Positions 18,639 to 29,254 of a stretch of 64,000 bases of DNA are shown here, one piece after another. How positions within the stretch are numbered: position 1 is the stretch's first letter; each line of letters begins with the position of its first letter. The DNA comes from a virus (taxonomy: Duplodnaviria; Caudoviricetes), in IMG/VR virus record IMGVR_UViG_3300032335_001269, positions 37,526-101,525 of that record; one strand, 5' to 3'. The translations under genes and the position numbers were made by a program. Below the pieces are notes generated by a model. It made no database searches. It was not told the DNA's origin and saw only the letters and a list, made by a program, of their open reading frames with translations.

Positions 18639-18687
18639 ACTAAACAAAATACACTTATATATTTTTTAATACATTTTTTTAATTAAT

Positions 18688-18876
18688 TTAACCTTTTTTA
18701 TCCTTTCTTTCTTGTGCTGCTGTCTGTGCTAAATGAATATTTGTATGAAGACGTTGTAGATTTGCATAACGATTATGCTGACGTGTTATAACAGAGTTTG
18801 CTTTAATTCTTGCAGCATTAACATTTGACTGTTGTGCTGTAGGAATCTGTTCCATGAATTGAAAGAACGTCTTCAT
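18688..18876 (-). CDS. Small late protein (MKTF.QFME prohead-protease-cleavage-type N-terminus)
   Basis: CTAAATA late promoter at ~18900-18906; this N-terminus is typical of T4-like capsid-internal proteins. Confidence 0.6.
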   Translation of the reverse strand: MKTFFQFMEQIPTAQQSNVNAARIKANSVITRQHNRYANLQRLHTNIHLAQTAAQERKDKKG

Positions 18877-18927
18877 TGCTATACTTAAGACTGTAATGAT
18901 ATTTAGAATCTGGTTGATTATAATACA

Positions 18928-19350
18928 TCAATTCACAAAATCCCACATTCCACCATTCCATTGCCACTTACGATCTTTCCATTCATAACTATCACCTACA
19001 TTTGGATTTATAGGAAACCTTGGACCACTATCTTCCTGGTCTGAACTCTGCACCTTATTAATAACCTCATCGAACTTTCCATTTAACCAATCATTATCTG
19101 ACACTGACCACTTATTAATTGGACACGAATCTAATGCAAAGTTAGTCTTATGATCTAAAAAACATCCACAATGCTTACACCTTACTTGATTGGCATCATA
19201 ATACTCACACTGTTTACATATATCAAGTCTTTCCTGTTTAACTTCAGGCGATACAAACAATGCATTAGATGAGAACGCTTGCTTTACAACTTCAAATGTA
19301 AACTTTGCAAGATTCTTTCCTTGTTCTGGTAATGATGGATAGTCAGTCAT
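18928..19350 (-). CDS. Cys-rich (CxxC) protein with C-terminal FP..P..GD.Y.W...W.W.G..W module
   Basis: RLDICKQC...CKHCGCFL...CPINKW. Confidence 0.75.
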   Translation of the reverse strand: MTDYPSLPEQGKNLAKFTFEVVKQAFSSNALFVSPEVKQERLDICKQCEYYDANQVRCKHCGCFLDHKTNFALDSCPINKWSVSDNDWLNGKFDEVINKVQSSDQEDSGPRFPINPNVGDSYEWKDRKWQWNGGMWDFVN

Positions 19351-19353
19351 TTG

Positions 19354-20472
19354 TTATGGTTGATATGCTCCCTTAATTGTAGCAGAGTTTATCGTTCCTG
19401 TCACGCTATAATTAGAACCTGTAATCGCTCTTGCTCCAAATCCTCCTGAACCTGAATTGTTTGTACTTCCACCTGATGCTCCCCAGTCTCCTCCATTACC
19501 ACCAGTCTCTCCAGTATCACCAGTATTACCATAAGATGGGCAACCACCTGGTGTTCCTGATGCTCCTGATGCTCCATTAGTTCTGGGCTGACCGTAACCT
19601 TGACCTACACCACCATTTCCACCTTCACCACCTGGGGCGCCTGGTACTCCATATGGAATAGTTTGACGACAGACAGAAACATATGAAGTGTTACTACATC
19701 CACCCTTTCCACAATTACACCCACCAGTGCCATAACAGTTAATCTGCTCATCTGCACCACATCCAGGGCATCCACCACAACTCCCACCTGTAGTGTATTC
19801 TGAATAATTATAACACGTTCCAGTCGCTCCTGTCGCACCCGTAGATCCTTTTTCTCCTCCTCCACCACCACCATAGATGTTTGCGGAACCATTGACTTCT
19901 ACAATCACTTCAGAACCTGTGGACTGAACATACATTGCTGGACCTGCATTTCCACCACTAATTGATGCGGAAGTTCCATTTGCTCCACCCGCACCATAGA
20001 TTCCACCTGATACATTGACTCTTAAGTTATGTGCCTCTGCGAGTAAATAAGCAGCGTATTGAGAAATATTAGATGATCCGATTGTACCGTTCAGATACAT
20101 ATACTTTCGAACGTTTTTGTTAAGATTGGAATTCCAGGTCTGTGTGCCAATGTTGAATCCAGGTGATGATGGTGATGCCGTATTATCATCAGTAGATGTC
20201 TGAGTAATATAATAATACTTGATAGAATTGCGAAACTGTGAAATCTTAAGATCTGAAGATGTTGAGATATTTGCGTTTTCGGTTGCATCAGGTACAACTG
20301 CAGTTGTATTTGATGTACTGGTAACTCTTCTTAACTCTGACGCTTTAATTGGTAGTGTATCGACACTGAAACTACCACCAGGTTGTTGTGCTCGGAAATT
20401 ACTTCTTAAGGACGAGAAGGAGATACTTCCGGAAGTATAATATGGTCCTGCTTTTGTGACTGCCGCTGACAT
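19354..20472 (-). CDS. Glycine-rich gp38-like adhesin / tail-fibre tip protein
   Basis: IYGAGG..G, GGNAGPA and IYGGGGGG polyglycine motifs; CTAAATA late promoter at 20501-20507. Confidence 0.7.
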   Translation of the reverse strand: MSAAVTKAGPYYTSGSISFSSLRSNFRAQQPGGSFSVDTLPIKASELRRVTSTSNTTAVVPDATENANISTSSDLKISQFRNSIKYYYITQTSTDDNTASPSSPGFNIGTQTWNSNLNKNVRKYMYLNGTIGSSNISQYAAYLLAEAHNLRVNVSGGIYGAGGANGTSASISGGNAGPAMYVQSTGSEVIVEVNGSANIYGGGGGGEKGSTGATGATGTCYNYSEYTTGGSCGGCPGCGADEQINCYGTGGCNCGKGGCSNTSYVSVCRQTIPYGVPGAPGGEGGNGGVGQGYGQPRTNGASGASGTPGGCPSYGNTGDTGETGGNGGDWGASGGSTNNSGSGGFGARAITGSNYSVTGTINSATIKGAYQP

Positions 20473-23400
20473 TCTTGAATGGAGGAATCCTGTGTGTCAC
20501 TATTTAGAGAATCATTCCAATGTCTTACCACTCCTGCAATAATAAAACAATTAGTCATCAGATAAGATACAAAGATGAATGTTCGAATCAATGCTATCTT
20601 ATCTGACTCCTTATTACATTTGGATGCTTTCTCTCCTAATGCTTTTGCCCACAGTCTCCACAACTTCATTTATCTGATTCTTTTAAAAGTTTAACTTGAT
20701 TCCATTGACTCTTATACACCAACACACAAGTATCATTCACTCTGTAATCACCAACTCTTACACAGATTGAAATGTATTCATCACAGATAAATCGGACTTC
20801 ACCAATCCAATCTCTATACTGAACAACAATACCCTCACTGAAAGTTGGTCTCATACAAATGCTGCTGTCAATGGATTATATTTCAATGGCATTGCTGTAT
20901 AAGGAGTTGTATCTTTTGGATTTATACGCTTACCAATGGTCTTACTATTAATGGGGGAGAAATACTCTTTTGTTTTGGTGTTGTAAAATCCCCAGATACA
21001 TTTAACAGGTTTGCCAAGATTATAATCAAAGCACCGATCATAACAAATCCAAATCGCGGTGACATTGCGCTTGAAATCTTCATATTCATAATGCATTCCT
21101 TTTGGTGCTTTGTGAGGAAATTCAATCGTTGTCATAAACTGCACGGAGACGATTGGGTGGATAACCTAATGACAAATAATTATTCAACATCAAATCACAT
21201 TGCTCTTTTGTCAGTTTTGTTGCTTCCTCACCAATCAATTCCCATCCTGTGGTTGTCAGTTCTTGAATACGATACAGTTGTGTCATGTAGTAAATGCCTC
21301 CAGAATACCAGACTCATACTCATCTTGTAAAGCAAACTTCTGGGCATTGATGATTCTTTCCATAATGCGATCTGTATACCGATCATCAAACTGTTTTTCA
21401 TCTGCCAGAAGAGTAAATGCTTCGGTGTCAGATTCAGCAATCAGATTAATCAAACCGCCATATTCTGAAGAAGGAAAAGGAACCCAGTAGTCTACAATGT
21501 AAAGATACTTCATTTCTTGTGTTAAATTACTCCTTGATTTTAATAGAATGTTTGGAATTTGTCAACTGTCGATTCAACTCAACTTTTATCTGAATCAGAT
21601 GCGAATGTAGATAGACAGCATACTCATTGGTTGAAAGCAATGAAATCAGATTCTCAATTTGCAATAATGCCAGAATCAGTTTGGTGTTCTCATTCATACA
21701 AACTCTTGAATATAATAGTCTACAGTAATCTCCAGCTCTGCTGCCTTTTGTTCATAAAAGTTGTCAGTGTATTGTTTTGCAATAGTCCAGGCATCGTGCT
21801 TGACTTGTTCGACTTCTGAATGTTTCATGAAATCGGAGAATGATTTGATAAACTGTGAGATGTCTTCGTCGTTCATTTGTTTTGATAAGAGCAGTTGGTA
21901 GGAGCACAGGCATCGTATGCCTTAAACAGTTTTGCATCACGTTGAATTAGAAATGCATTCCAACCCAGAATCGCAATGAATGCAAGATAGATGTAAGAGG
22001 TTTTCATCAGCACGCTCCTGCCATAGGATTCACATTCACCGATTCAGTATTGAAACCGGTCACATTATAACCCAGACCAATACGCTCTTCACACTCACGC
22101 TCAAAGTCACGCTTGCTGATGCACTTGGTGCTCATTGTATCCACACCTTGAAACTTCAGCACCTTGTACATAAATTGAGTGCTGCCTTGAATCGGATAAT
22201 AATCAACAACCATTGTGCCAGTGGTAGAGGTCAGTTGCATTGAGAGTGTCTCGCGATTACCTTTGTATTATAGAGCACCCCCAGAGGTCTGGGAGTGCCT
22301 GCTGTGCCAGTTCCTCAACTGGTTGGGAAGATGTCAGAGTTTCCTCCATCAATCCAAAGATTGTCATCAACCTGAATGAAACCTACCTCATTTACATTGT
22401 CATAATGTTCTTGAAGTCGAGCAACCTTATCCTTCAAACTAACATGCTCAACAACATATCCTTCAAGAGTTTGTGTTGTGGCATCGGGGTCATCACTCTT
22501 ATCTTCCAAACGTTCACGTTCTTGATGGTCTACAAGAGGGGCAAGAGTTTCCCAACTGTTACCATGACCATTGGCAAGAATGTGATTGCAATTCAACTTA
22601 TACATCAAATTGGTAATCATCGTATGAATATTTTCTGCATTTGGTTCATCAAGTGTATACTCAAATGCCTCCGCAAGACCAAGACCACATTCACCAGTTT
22701 TGATAGGGTCAATACCAGTGGATTCATATTCTACGGAGAGTCCCATACCATCTTCATCTCTGGTTTCTGAAACAACTCTTGAAGCAGAAGAATAGTCAAT
22801 ATCTTTCAAGCAGAGTTCTGGTTCTTGATGAACACAATTCCAAGCCCATTCAAGGATATTGCAAAGTGAATCATATTCAGTTGAAGTCAAAATCGGTTTA
22901 GTCATAATATCAAAGATAGTTGTAAAGTATTACAGAGTCAGAACGACGGCACCACGTCGTTGCGTAGACCAGTTTGCGAACTGTCCATCTGCTCATAGAG
23001 AGTGTAAAGTTTGTTGTGCAGTGCTGGCACACTTCCATACTCTCTGGCAATCATTCTTTCTTCTCTAATCTCCAGAAGTTGAAGTGCAGATAAAATCACA
23101 CCAATTTCATGAACATTCAGTCTTACAAAATCTTCAGTCATCATTTCAATTCAATACGATCAAATACTAGCATACCAATTTCAAAAAGTAAATCTTCATC
23201 CATATCTCCCATCACACTGCGAATCCCTTCAACCACTGCGGTCTGCATATATTCAGTGAATCCTTCATCCTCATAGATGTAATTGATAATTGCAGGTTTG
23301 AGTGCATCCGCAATCTTGGAAACAGAAGTGTTAGAGAGTTTCATTGTCATTGGATGTTGAGATACTTTTCGTTGCGAATCATATGGTCAAGAACTTCACC

Positions 23401-23720
23401 AATCATTTGACGGTAAGTTTCATCATAGTTTTTGCTACACTCTTCATAAGCATCATACAGTTTGGTGTAGAGTGTATCCCAGTGTTGACGAGTAATCACA
23501 GTCATCAGTAGTGTGCCTCCGAATAATCAAGTTGAGCAGAATACTTTGCAATGGCATCATAACACTTACCCCGCATACCTTCATCAGCACCCACAATGAA
23601 CTCAAAGCAATACTTCATACGCTGCTCGGGATGTGAATTGATTCGTGCAATCTCTTGCTGTTGCTTGTTGTAAGCAAACATCTCACGGTCAGCAAAACTG
23701 GTGGTGTAGTAGGGGTGCAT
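20406..23720 (-). other. Run of small hypothetical ORFs (20406-20669, 20666-20854, 20851-21144, 21283-21513, 21694-21876, 22007-22240, 22315-22905, 22938-23144, 23141-23350, 23505-23720)
   Basis: Tightly packed minus-strand ORFs with ATGA overlaps and palindrome or sigma70 promoters. Confidence 0.7.
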
Positions 23721-23747
23721 CAGGCGTTTCCGTTGATTACCTTGTAA

Positions 23748-24245
23748 TTATACTGCCTGCATCAGGCGGTTCGGGAACCACTGTGCCACTTTGGGGACTG
23801 GCACACGGTTCTTCTCAATCAGATATTCCAGATATAAGGTTTCTTCTTGCTCTCGTGCCTCAATTTCGTGTGGTTGATGCCAATACTCAATATCTTCGAC
23901 GCATTCTTTACCATAATACATTTTTCCACGCTTGGACCGCAGCGAACCTACTACCCACTGTCGCAGATGTGTCAGTTCGTGCAAAAGAGTTTTTATATAC
24001 AACTCCTTACACATATGCGTGTCAAGTTCAATCAGGAACTCACGCGGGCGATAAGATTCTCCCACATAGTCACAGTAACCATAAACTTCTTCACGACGCA
24101 GACCACGATGAAGAATCTCCACTTCAATCTTGTGTCGTGGCAGAAACTTATTCAAAAACCAAGAGGTAACGTCCTCACAGAGGCGTTTAGAGTAACCATA
24201 TCCAGAAGTGTAAATGCAACTTTGCATGACCAATGAGAAAACCAA
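23748..24245 (-). CDS. Putative zinc metallopeptidase (HExxH)
   Basis: TLLHELTHLRQW ... PHEIEA. Confidence 0.8.
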   Translation of the reverse strand: MVFSLVMQSCIYTSGYGYSKRLCEDVTSWFLNKFLPRHKIEVEILHRGLRREEVYGYCDYVGESYRPREFLIELDTHMCKELYIKTLLHELTHLRQWVVGSLRSKRGKMYYGKECVEDIEYWHQPHEIEAREQEETLYLEYLIEKNRVPVPKVAQWFPNRLMQAV

Positions 24246-24282
24246 ATGAACGAAAACATGAAAAGCAAACGGTCAAAGTTAT

Positions 24283-24672
24283 TCAATTGCATCCGAACAT
24301 TGCTCCTCCAATTGCAGCACCAACAGGTACAGACCAATAATATCCATTACCACGACTCATACTTGCAGCAACACCACCACCTAACAAAGCACCCAATACA
24401 GACCGGGTTGGATTACAATATCTTCTACCATATCCACCATAACCATTCCCATAATACTGATTGGCAGGTCGATATCCTTGATTTACATTGTTGCAAGGAA
24501 CATTGTAAGATTGCACACTCACACCACCGGGAACATAATTACCATATTGGTCATATCCACCGGGTTGATAGACCTCCTGATTTTGAGTGCAGACTGCATA
24601 ATTGTTGATTTGTTGTGCTTGCACTGGAACAGATAGAAGTGTCAGTGGAAGAAGAAAAAGAAGTTTTTTCAT
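24283..24672 (-). CDS. Secreted glycine-zipper protein
   Basis: Signal peptide; GALLGGGVAA...GAAIGGA. Confidence 0.75.
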   Translation of the reverse strand: MKKLLFLLPLTLLSVPVQAQQINNYAVCTQNQEVYQPGGYDQYGNYVPGGVSVQSYNVPCNNVNQGYRPANQYYGNGYGGYGRRYCNPTRSVLGALLGGGVAASMSRGNGYYWSVPVGAAIGGAMFGCN

Positions 24673-25169
24673 TTTAGTAGTTTATAACCTTTACAAGTTG
24701 TTCCAGGATTGCGTAAAGTTCTCAACATAGTTCCAGATGAAGAATGATTTAAAACCTCACGGCACCATTTTGTGAGATTTGTGATTTCAATAGTTTCGCC
24801 AGTTGGTGTTTCAATCAGTCGGGTTTTTGCTTGTGAATATTCTACATTATCAGCATTACTCATCCACTCCAAGTTATCAACTCTATTATCAGTTTTATCC
24901 TCGTTGATGTGATTAACTGTATCATAGTTATGGGGATTTGGAATGTAAGTTTCTGCCACTAATCTATGAATACTTGTATTTTTCATTCTGTTTGTGTTTT
25001 GTTCCAGAATGATTATCAGATAACCTTTTTTTGACAGTTGTGGTTTTAGTTCTCTTTTATAAGAATAATCAAGAACTTTTCCTTTACCATTACCCCCAGG
25101 TTTTTTGTGTGAGAATACTTTACCATCTGGTGTGATAGAGTATTCTGGATAGTTTGGAATGAGTTTCAT
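24669..25169 (-). CDS. HNH homing endonuclease (NUMOD4/HNH type)
   Basis: YSITPDGKVFS, IHRLVAETYIPNP, VNHINEDKTDNRVDNLEW; late promoter TATAAATA at 25194-25201. Confidence 0.92.
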   Translation of the reverse strand: MKLIPNYPEYSITPDGKVFSHKKPGGNGKGKVLDYSYKRELKPQLSKKGYLIIILEQNTNRMKNTSIHRLVAETYIPNPHNYDTVNHINEDKTDNRVDNLEWMSNADNVEYSQAKTRLIETPTGETIEITNLTKWCREVLNHSSSGTMLRTLRNPGTTCKGYKLLK

Positions 25170-25226
25170 AAATGACTGGAAGTGATTTATCTTTATTTAT
25201 AAGTATAATACCTCCAGTCACATTAG

Positions 25227-25580
25227 TCAACGTTTGTAGAGGTAACTTCCGTGCCAAGTTGCATTCTCAAGCAACCATTCACGCTGCTCAATGATGCGAA
25301 GGTCATAACGAACACCTTTGGCAGGTGCTTTGAGACTCGCAGGTTTGTAGATTTCACCAGTCTTTTTATCAATGAAGCAATGAATGCTGTCACGACGACC
25401 ATCAATGCACATAAAGATTTTGTGATACTTACGACCCGAAGAATTAAGTTCGTAACCATAACCATCAGGAGCATCTTGAATGAGAGCATCACACAGCATC
25501 AGACCATACTTAACAACATTCAACTGAATGGTGTTACGGGCGGTTTGCTGGGCAGCGTAGTCAGCGAAGGTGGCAGTCAT
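25227..25580 (-). CDS. Conserved phage hypothetical protein
   Basis: GRKYHKI...HCFIDKKTGEIYKPAS.KAPAKGVRY motif. Confidence 0.8.
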   Translation of the reverse strand: MTATFADYAAQQTARNTIQLNVVKYGLMLCDALIQDAPDGYGYELNSSGRKYHKIFMCIDGRRDSIHCFIDKKTGEIYKPASLKAPAKGVRYDLRIIEQREWLLENATWHGSYLYKR

Positions 25581-25649
25581 CGGTTGATTGCGTATGTGCT
25601 TATTATAGGGGCACACAGGCGCCTCTGGGAGGGTCAGTGTGCCAGTTCA

Positions 25650-26324
25650 TCAACTGTCCATAAAGGACAGAATACTTTCGGTTTGACTGTAGATTCTTTC
25701 TTTGGTCATTTCAAAATATTCTGGATTCATTTCAACACCAATAAAGTTTCTACCACACTGTTTTGCAGCAACACCAATTGCACCACTTCCCATACAAGGA
25801 TCAAATACGGTGTCACCAATGTTTGAACTTGCTTCAATCAATCTTGCCATTAACTTAATTGGTTTTGGTGTTGGGTGATCCTTATAGTGTTCAGTTGCAG
25901 AACGCCAGACAGCAGATTTACAGTGCTCATTGAACACTGCTCCCGACTTCTTGGCAAACACACAATTCTCTATACTGGACAACCATATATGTTGTCCATT
26001 CATTGGAGAAGGATTAGTTTTCTCCCATATGCAGTGCCTCACAGATAAACCGTGCTCGATCAATCGGTTGCGAATATGTGAGACCTGAACCGATCCGCAA
26101 AAGATATAAATGCTTCCCGAAGTCACACGAACAACCTCATCAATAAAATCATCAAGAGGAAATGTGATAATATCTGCGTGACTCTTATCAAGATTTCTTA
26201 ACCCACCACTCTTGCGATTTACCTCATCATACGGTATATCTGTAAGCGTAAGCGAAATGCTCCCATCCGCAAGGGTAGGGAGCACATTCATACAATCTTC
26301 GTTATAAAGTTTTACATCACTCAT
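25650..26324 (-). CDS. DNA methyltransferase, N6-A/N4-C beta class
   Basis: TDIPY (motif IV variant) precedes HPTPKP and FDPCMGSG (motif I). Confidence 0.9.
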   Translation of the reverse strand: MSDVKLYNEDCMNVLPTLADGSISLTLTDIPYDEVNRKSGGLRNLDKSHADIITFPLDDFIDEVVRVTSGSIYIFCGSVQVSHIRNRLIEHGLSVRHCIWEKTNPSPMNGQHIWLSSIENCVFAKKSGAVFNEHCKSAVWRSATEHYKDHPTPKPIKLMARLIEASSNIGDTVFDPCMGSGAIGVAAKQCGRNFIGVEMNPEYFEMTKERIYSQTESILSFMDS

Positions 26325-26949
26325 AGTTGAATATAATTGTTTTTGGACATACTTTAGTTAGGCGCTCCCAATCAATGGTATAACTGATTGTATCCCAACC
26401 TTTATTTTTTGCAATTTTGCGGCGACGATCGTTAAGAGGGAAACGACTTTTATCAAATCCCATTTTCAATTCTTCACGAAACACAAAAGCTGCTTTTTTG
26501 TGATAAGGAAGGATATAAAGTATAGCATCATTGATCTTATGTTTGCAAGTTGCCCAACCCTGAACAATCGGTTTTTTTGAATTAAATCGAATAAAATCTT
26601 GACTTACAGTTTCCGCGAGAAAATCATCCCAAACAGCATTAGGATCGCGGAACTTATAATCAATTGTAAATCCTTCTTTTAAAATTTTACCAGTTTTAAT
26701 GGAAATCAAATTAAAAGAAGCATCAACTCCAGCCCTATTTTTGAATTGAGACACACTATCATTTCCATAATTATCTTCAAAAGATTCAAAATCAATTCTA
26801 AATCCACGATTTTCAAACTCAACATTCAGTTGATGAATAACCGCAAGATGTTCTCCCCTTTCAATAATTTTTTTCTCTTTAGATAGAGATTGATGAAAAT
26901 CGTGAACTTTATGGTTTTTGAGAAAGGGGCGTTTGATTGAATAAGTCAT
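26317..26949 (-). CDS. Putative PD-(D/E)xK restriction-like endonuclease
   Basis: GE....(V)D...IDYK pattern; overlaps the methyltransferase start. Confidence 0.55.
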   Translation of the reverse strand: MTYSIKRPFLKNHKVHDFHQSLSKEKKIIERGEHLAVIHQLNVEFENRGFRIDFESFEDNYGNDSVSQFKNRAGVDASFNLISIKTGKILKEGFTIDYKFRDPNAVWDDFLAETVSQDFIRFNSKKPIVQGWATCKHKINDAILYILPYHKKAAFVFREELKMGFDKSRFPLNDRRRKIAKNKGWDTISYTIDWERLTKVCPKTIIFNYE

Positions 26950-26974
26950 TGATAAAAAATAATAAAATAATGAT

Positions 26975-27109
26975 TTAATAGGCTAATTCTGAATCTGGCA
27001 CATAGTAGTCATCATTCTCCAAGTATCCCATCCAATCTGTTGGTTCAGAACCATAGATTTGAATTTCCCGAATTTCATCAATCAATTCAGACAGTTCAAC
27101 AGAATTCAT
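26975..27109 (-). CDS. Small acidic protein (44 aa)
   Basis: MNSVELSELIDEIREIQIYGSEPTDWMGYLENDDYYVPDSELAY; palindrome promoter upstream. Confidence 0.6.
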   Translation of the reverse strand: MNSVELSELIDEIREIQIYGSEPTDWMGYLENDDYYVPDSELAY

Positions 27110-27328
27110 TGGAGTTTCTCTCAACTACAAGTATATTATAACAGAAAACCCGCCTTTTGGGCGGGTCTTGTGCCAGTTACTGAACTGGCGGTGGAAGTTG
27201 TGGTTGATTCATTTCTACTGTAGTCTTTTGAAGATTAAACATTGCACCGTCAAGAACTTTGGCAATAGGACCAAATCCAACAGTTGCAGCGATAATCCCA
27301 AAAATCACACCAGAAATGAAGTTAAACA

Positions 27329-27733
27329 TCACTTATTCATTTGCAGAGTAGGAACTGGCATCCCACCTTCGGTAGGAACATAGATGGTCACATTACCTTT
27401 GTTAGAACCTTCTTCCAGACCAGTGATATACAGATACTGCAGATACTCACGGTTATCTTTCAGTGAATTGCCAATGATTTGGTTTGCTTTGGCAACACCA
27501 GTAGCACGAATCACTTCAGCATCAGCAAGTTGTTGAGCACTATCTTTCTTTGCTTGTGCTTCCAGAACTGCAACTTGACGAGTGTATTCTGCTTTTTGAA
27601 GTTCTGCCTTACCTTGCAGAGATTGTGCCCACACATTATAGAGAGGTCCAACCACTGCGTTGATAATCATCAGACTCAAAAGAAAAGAAACGCCAATGAT
27701 ACTAGCGTTACGAAGAGTGTTATCAGGTTTCAT
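27329..27733 (-). CDS. Membrane-anchored SPFH/band-7 coiled-coil-like protein
   Basis: TM helix, GKAEL..AE..RQ, A.GVA.AN.IIG.SL, IYVPTEGGMP. Confidence 0.75.
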   Translation of the reverse strand: MKPDNTLRNASIIGVSFLLSLMIINAVVGPLYNVWAQSLQGKAELQKAEYTRQVAVLEAQAKKDSAQQLADAEVIRATGVAKANQIIGNSLKDNREYLQYLYITGLEEGSNKGNVTIYVPTEGGMPVPTLQMNK

Positions 27734-27921
27734 TTTGAAGAGACTCCAGTGTTTTTGAAAATCATATTAGCAAGAACTACAATAGCAAGATTTTGCCAAA
27801 TAGTCAAAGAAACATTAAACCAAGACAGAATCAGTCCAAGCAACCATGCTTCAAAGAATAGGAAGGCAACTGCAAGAACAATCGCACCAAAAGCAATACC
27901 AAGAGCAGTAGAAGTTTTCAT
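27730..27921 (-). CDS. Small membrane protein
   Basis: Two hydrophobic segments; ATGA overlap. Confidence 0.65.
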   Translation of the reverse strand: MKTSTALGIAFGAIVLAVAFLFFEAWLLGLILSWFNVSLTIWQNLAIVVLANMIFKNTGVSSK

Positions 27922-27924
27922 AAG

Positions 27925-28311
27925 TCAAGCAGCAAGAGCACCAGAGGGAATTTCAACGACTTCAGGAAGTTTGCTGTCGTCAAACTGGTGCATATTATAG
28001 CACACCCATTCACCACTACGGAAGACATAGGCATACTCTTCACTGTTGCCAGGAAGAAGATACTCACACAGGTCAGCATCAAGGCGAGGAGGGCAATTCT
28101 CACCACGAGCACTATAATACTCGGGTTTCTTATCTTCTGCCCAACAAGTGCTCATATCACCACCATCAATCAGTTCAGCAGCAAGTTCTTTGCTGTTGTA
28201 GTGGGTGCGAAGAATGCGACCCAACCAAGACTCATAACCATCCCAATGGTGGTAAGCAGAGAGAATAGAACCGTCAGCAAGTTCAAGACCGATGCGGGAG
28301 CGAGTTGCCAT
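27925..28311 (-). CDS. Conserved phage hypothetical protein (MATRSRIG...YHHWDGY)
   Basis: Widespread phage family motif; has its own palindrome promoter. Confidence 0.8.
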   Translation of the reverse strand: MATRSRIGLELADGSILSAYHHWDGYESWLGRILRTHYNSKELAAELIDGGDMSTCWAEDKKPEYYSARGENCPPRLDADLCEYLLPGNSEEYAYVFRSGEWVCYNMHQFDDSKLPEVVEIPSGALAA

Positions 28312-28383
28312 TGGGGCGTTTCGTTGATTACCCATATATTATAAGGGGTCCCCAGTGCCCCGAGAACCCCCTGTGTGCCAGTT

Positions 28384-29202
28384 TCAGGACTGCCACACGG
28401 CAATCAGTTCATTTGCCTTTTTTCTGCTTTCCTTATTTGCAGCAATAGACCTAGACACCTGAATAGCATGAATTTCAGCATTTTTATAAAGTTCTCTTGC
28501 AACAGGCACATCATGATTGGATAAAATCACTCTAATGCCACGATTCGCAAGAGATTCTGCTAAATCCCGTAATTGAATCTGTTGGTCATGAGTAAATCCA
28601 TCTGTTGCATAACTTGTAAAGTTAGAAGTATCAGATGCAGGAATATATGGAGGATCAAAGTAAACAACATCTCCTGTTTGCAGATTCTCATAGAGTGACA
28701 TGTCTTCAAATGAAAGAGATGTAAACCTTACTAACTTACGGGATAGAAAGTAAGAACGAAACTCTAGAAGTTCTTTTTGTGGAAAATATGCTGATTTGTA
28801 TTTACCAAATGGCACATTAAACTCACCTTTCTTGTTATATCTGGTCAGACCATTAAAACAATGACGATTCAGATAAACAAACAGTTTTGCCTTCTCATTA
28901 ATATCTGTTGTAGCATTGAATGCAGTTCTCATTGCATAAAAAGATTCTTCAGTATTCACTTCCATAGTGAAATATTTCTGAAACTCATGAGTTACATCTT
29001 CAGGTCCAGTAAGATACTGATAGAGATGCACAAGGTCTTCGTTGACATCATTGAGAATATATTCGTCTGCCCCTACATTTAGAGCTACAGACAAACTTCC
29101 ACCAAAAGGTTCACAATATCTGGTGGGTGTTCCAATTAAAGGTAAAAGATGGGGCAGGACCCTAAATTTGTTTCCTGCCCACTTCAAAGGGGGTTTAATC
29201 AT
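28384..29202 (-). CDS. dam: DNA adenine methylase (Dam, D12 class)
   Basis: LKWAGNK, EPFGGS, YLNRHCFNGL.RYN..GEFNVPFGKY, YFDPPY, LSN. Confidence 0.95.
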   Translation of the reverse strand: MIKPPLKWAGNKFRVLPHLLPLIGTPTRYCEPFGGSLSVALNVGADEYILNDVNEDLVHLYQYLTGPEDVTHEFQKYFTMEVNTEESFYAMRTAFNATTDINEKAKLFVYLNRHCFNGLTRYNKKGEFNVPFGKYKSAYFPQKELLEFRSYFLSRKLVRFTSLSFEDMSLYENLQTGDVVYFDPPYIPASDTSNFTSYATDGFTHDQQIQLRDLAESLANRGIRVILSNHDVPVARELYKNAEIHAIQVSRSIAANKESRKKANELIAVWQS

Positions 29203-29225
29203 TAAATTAAAAGTAATTATAACAT

Positions 29226-29249
29226 AAAAAAGAGGGTTGACAACCCTCT
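29226..29249 (-). terminator. Rho-independent terminator after CP12
   Basis: AGAGGGTTG/CAACCCTCT inverted repeat followed by a T-run on the minus strand. Confidence 0.75.
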
Positions 29250-29254
29250 AGTAT

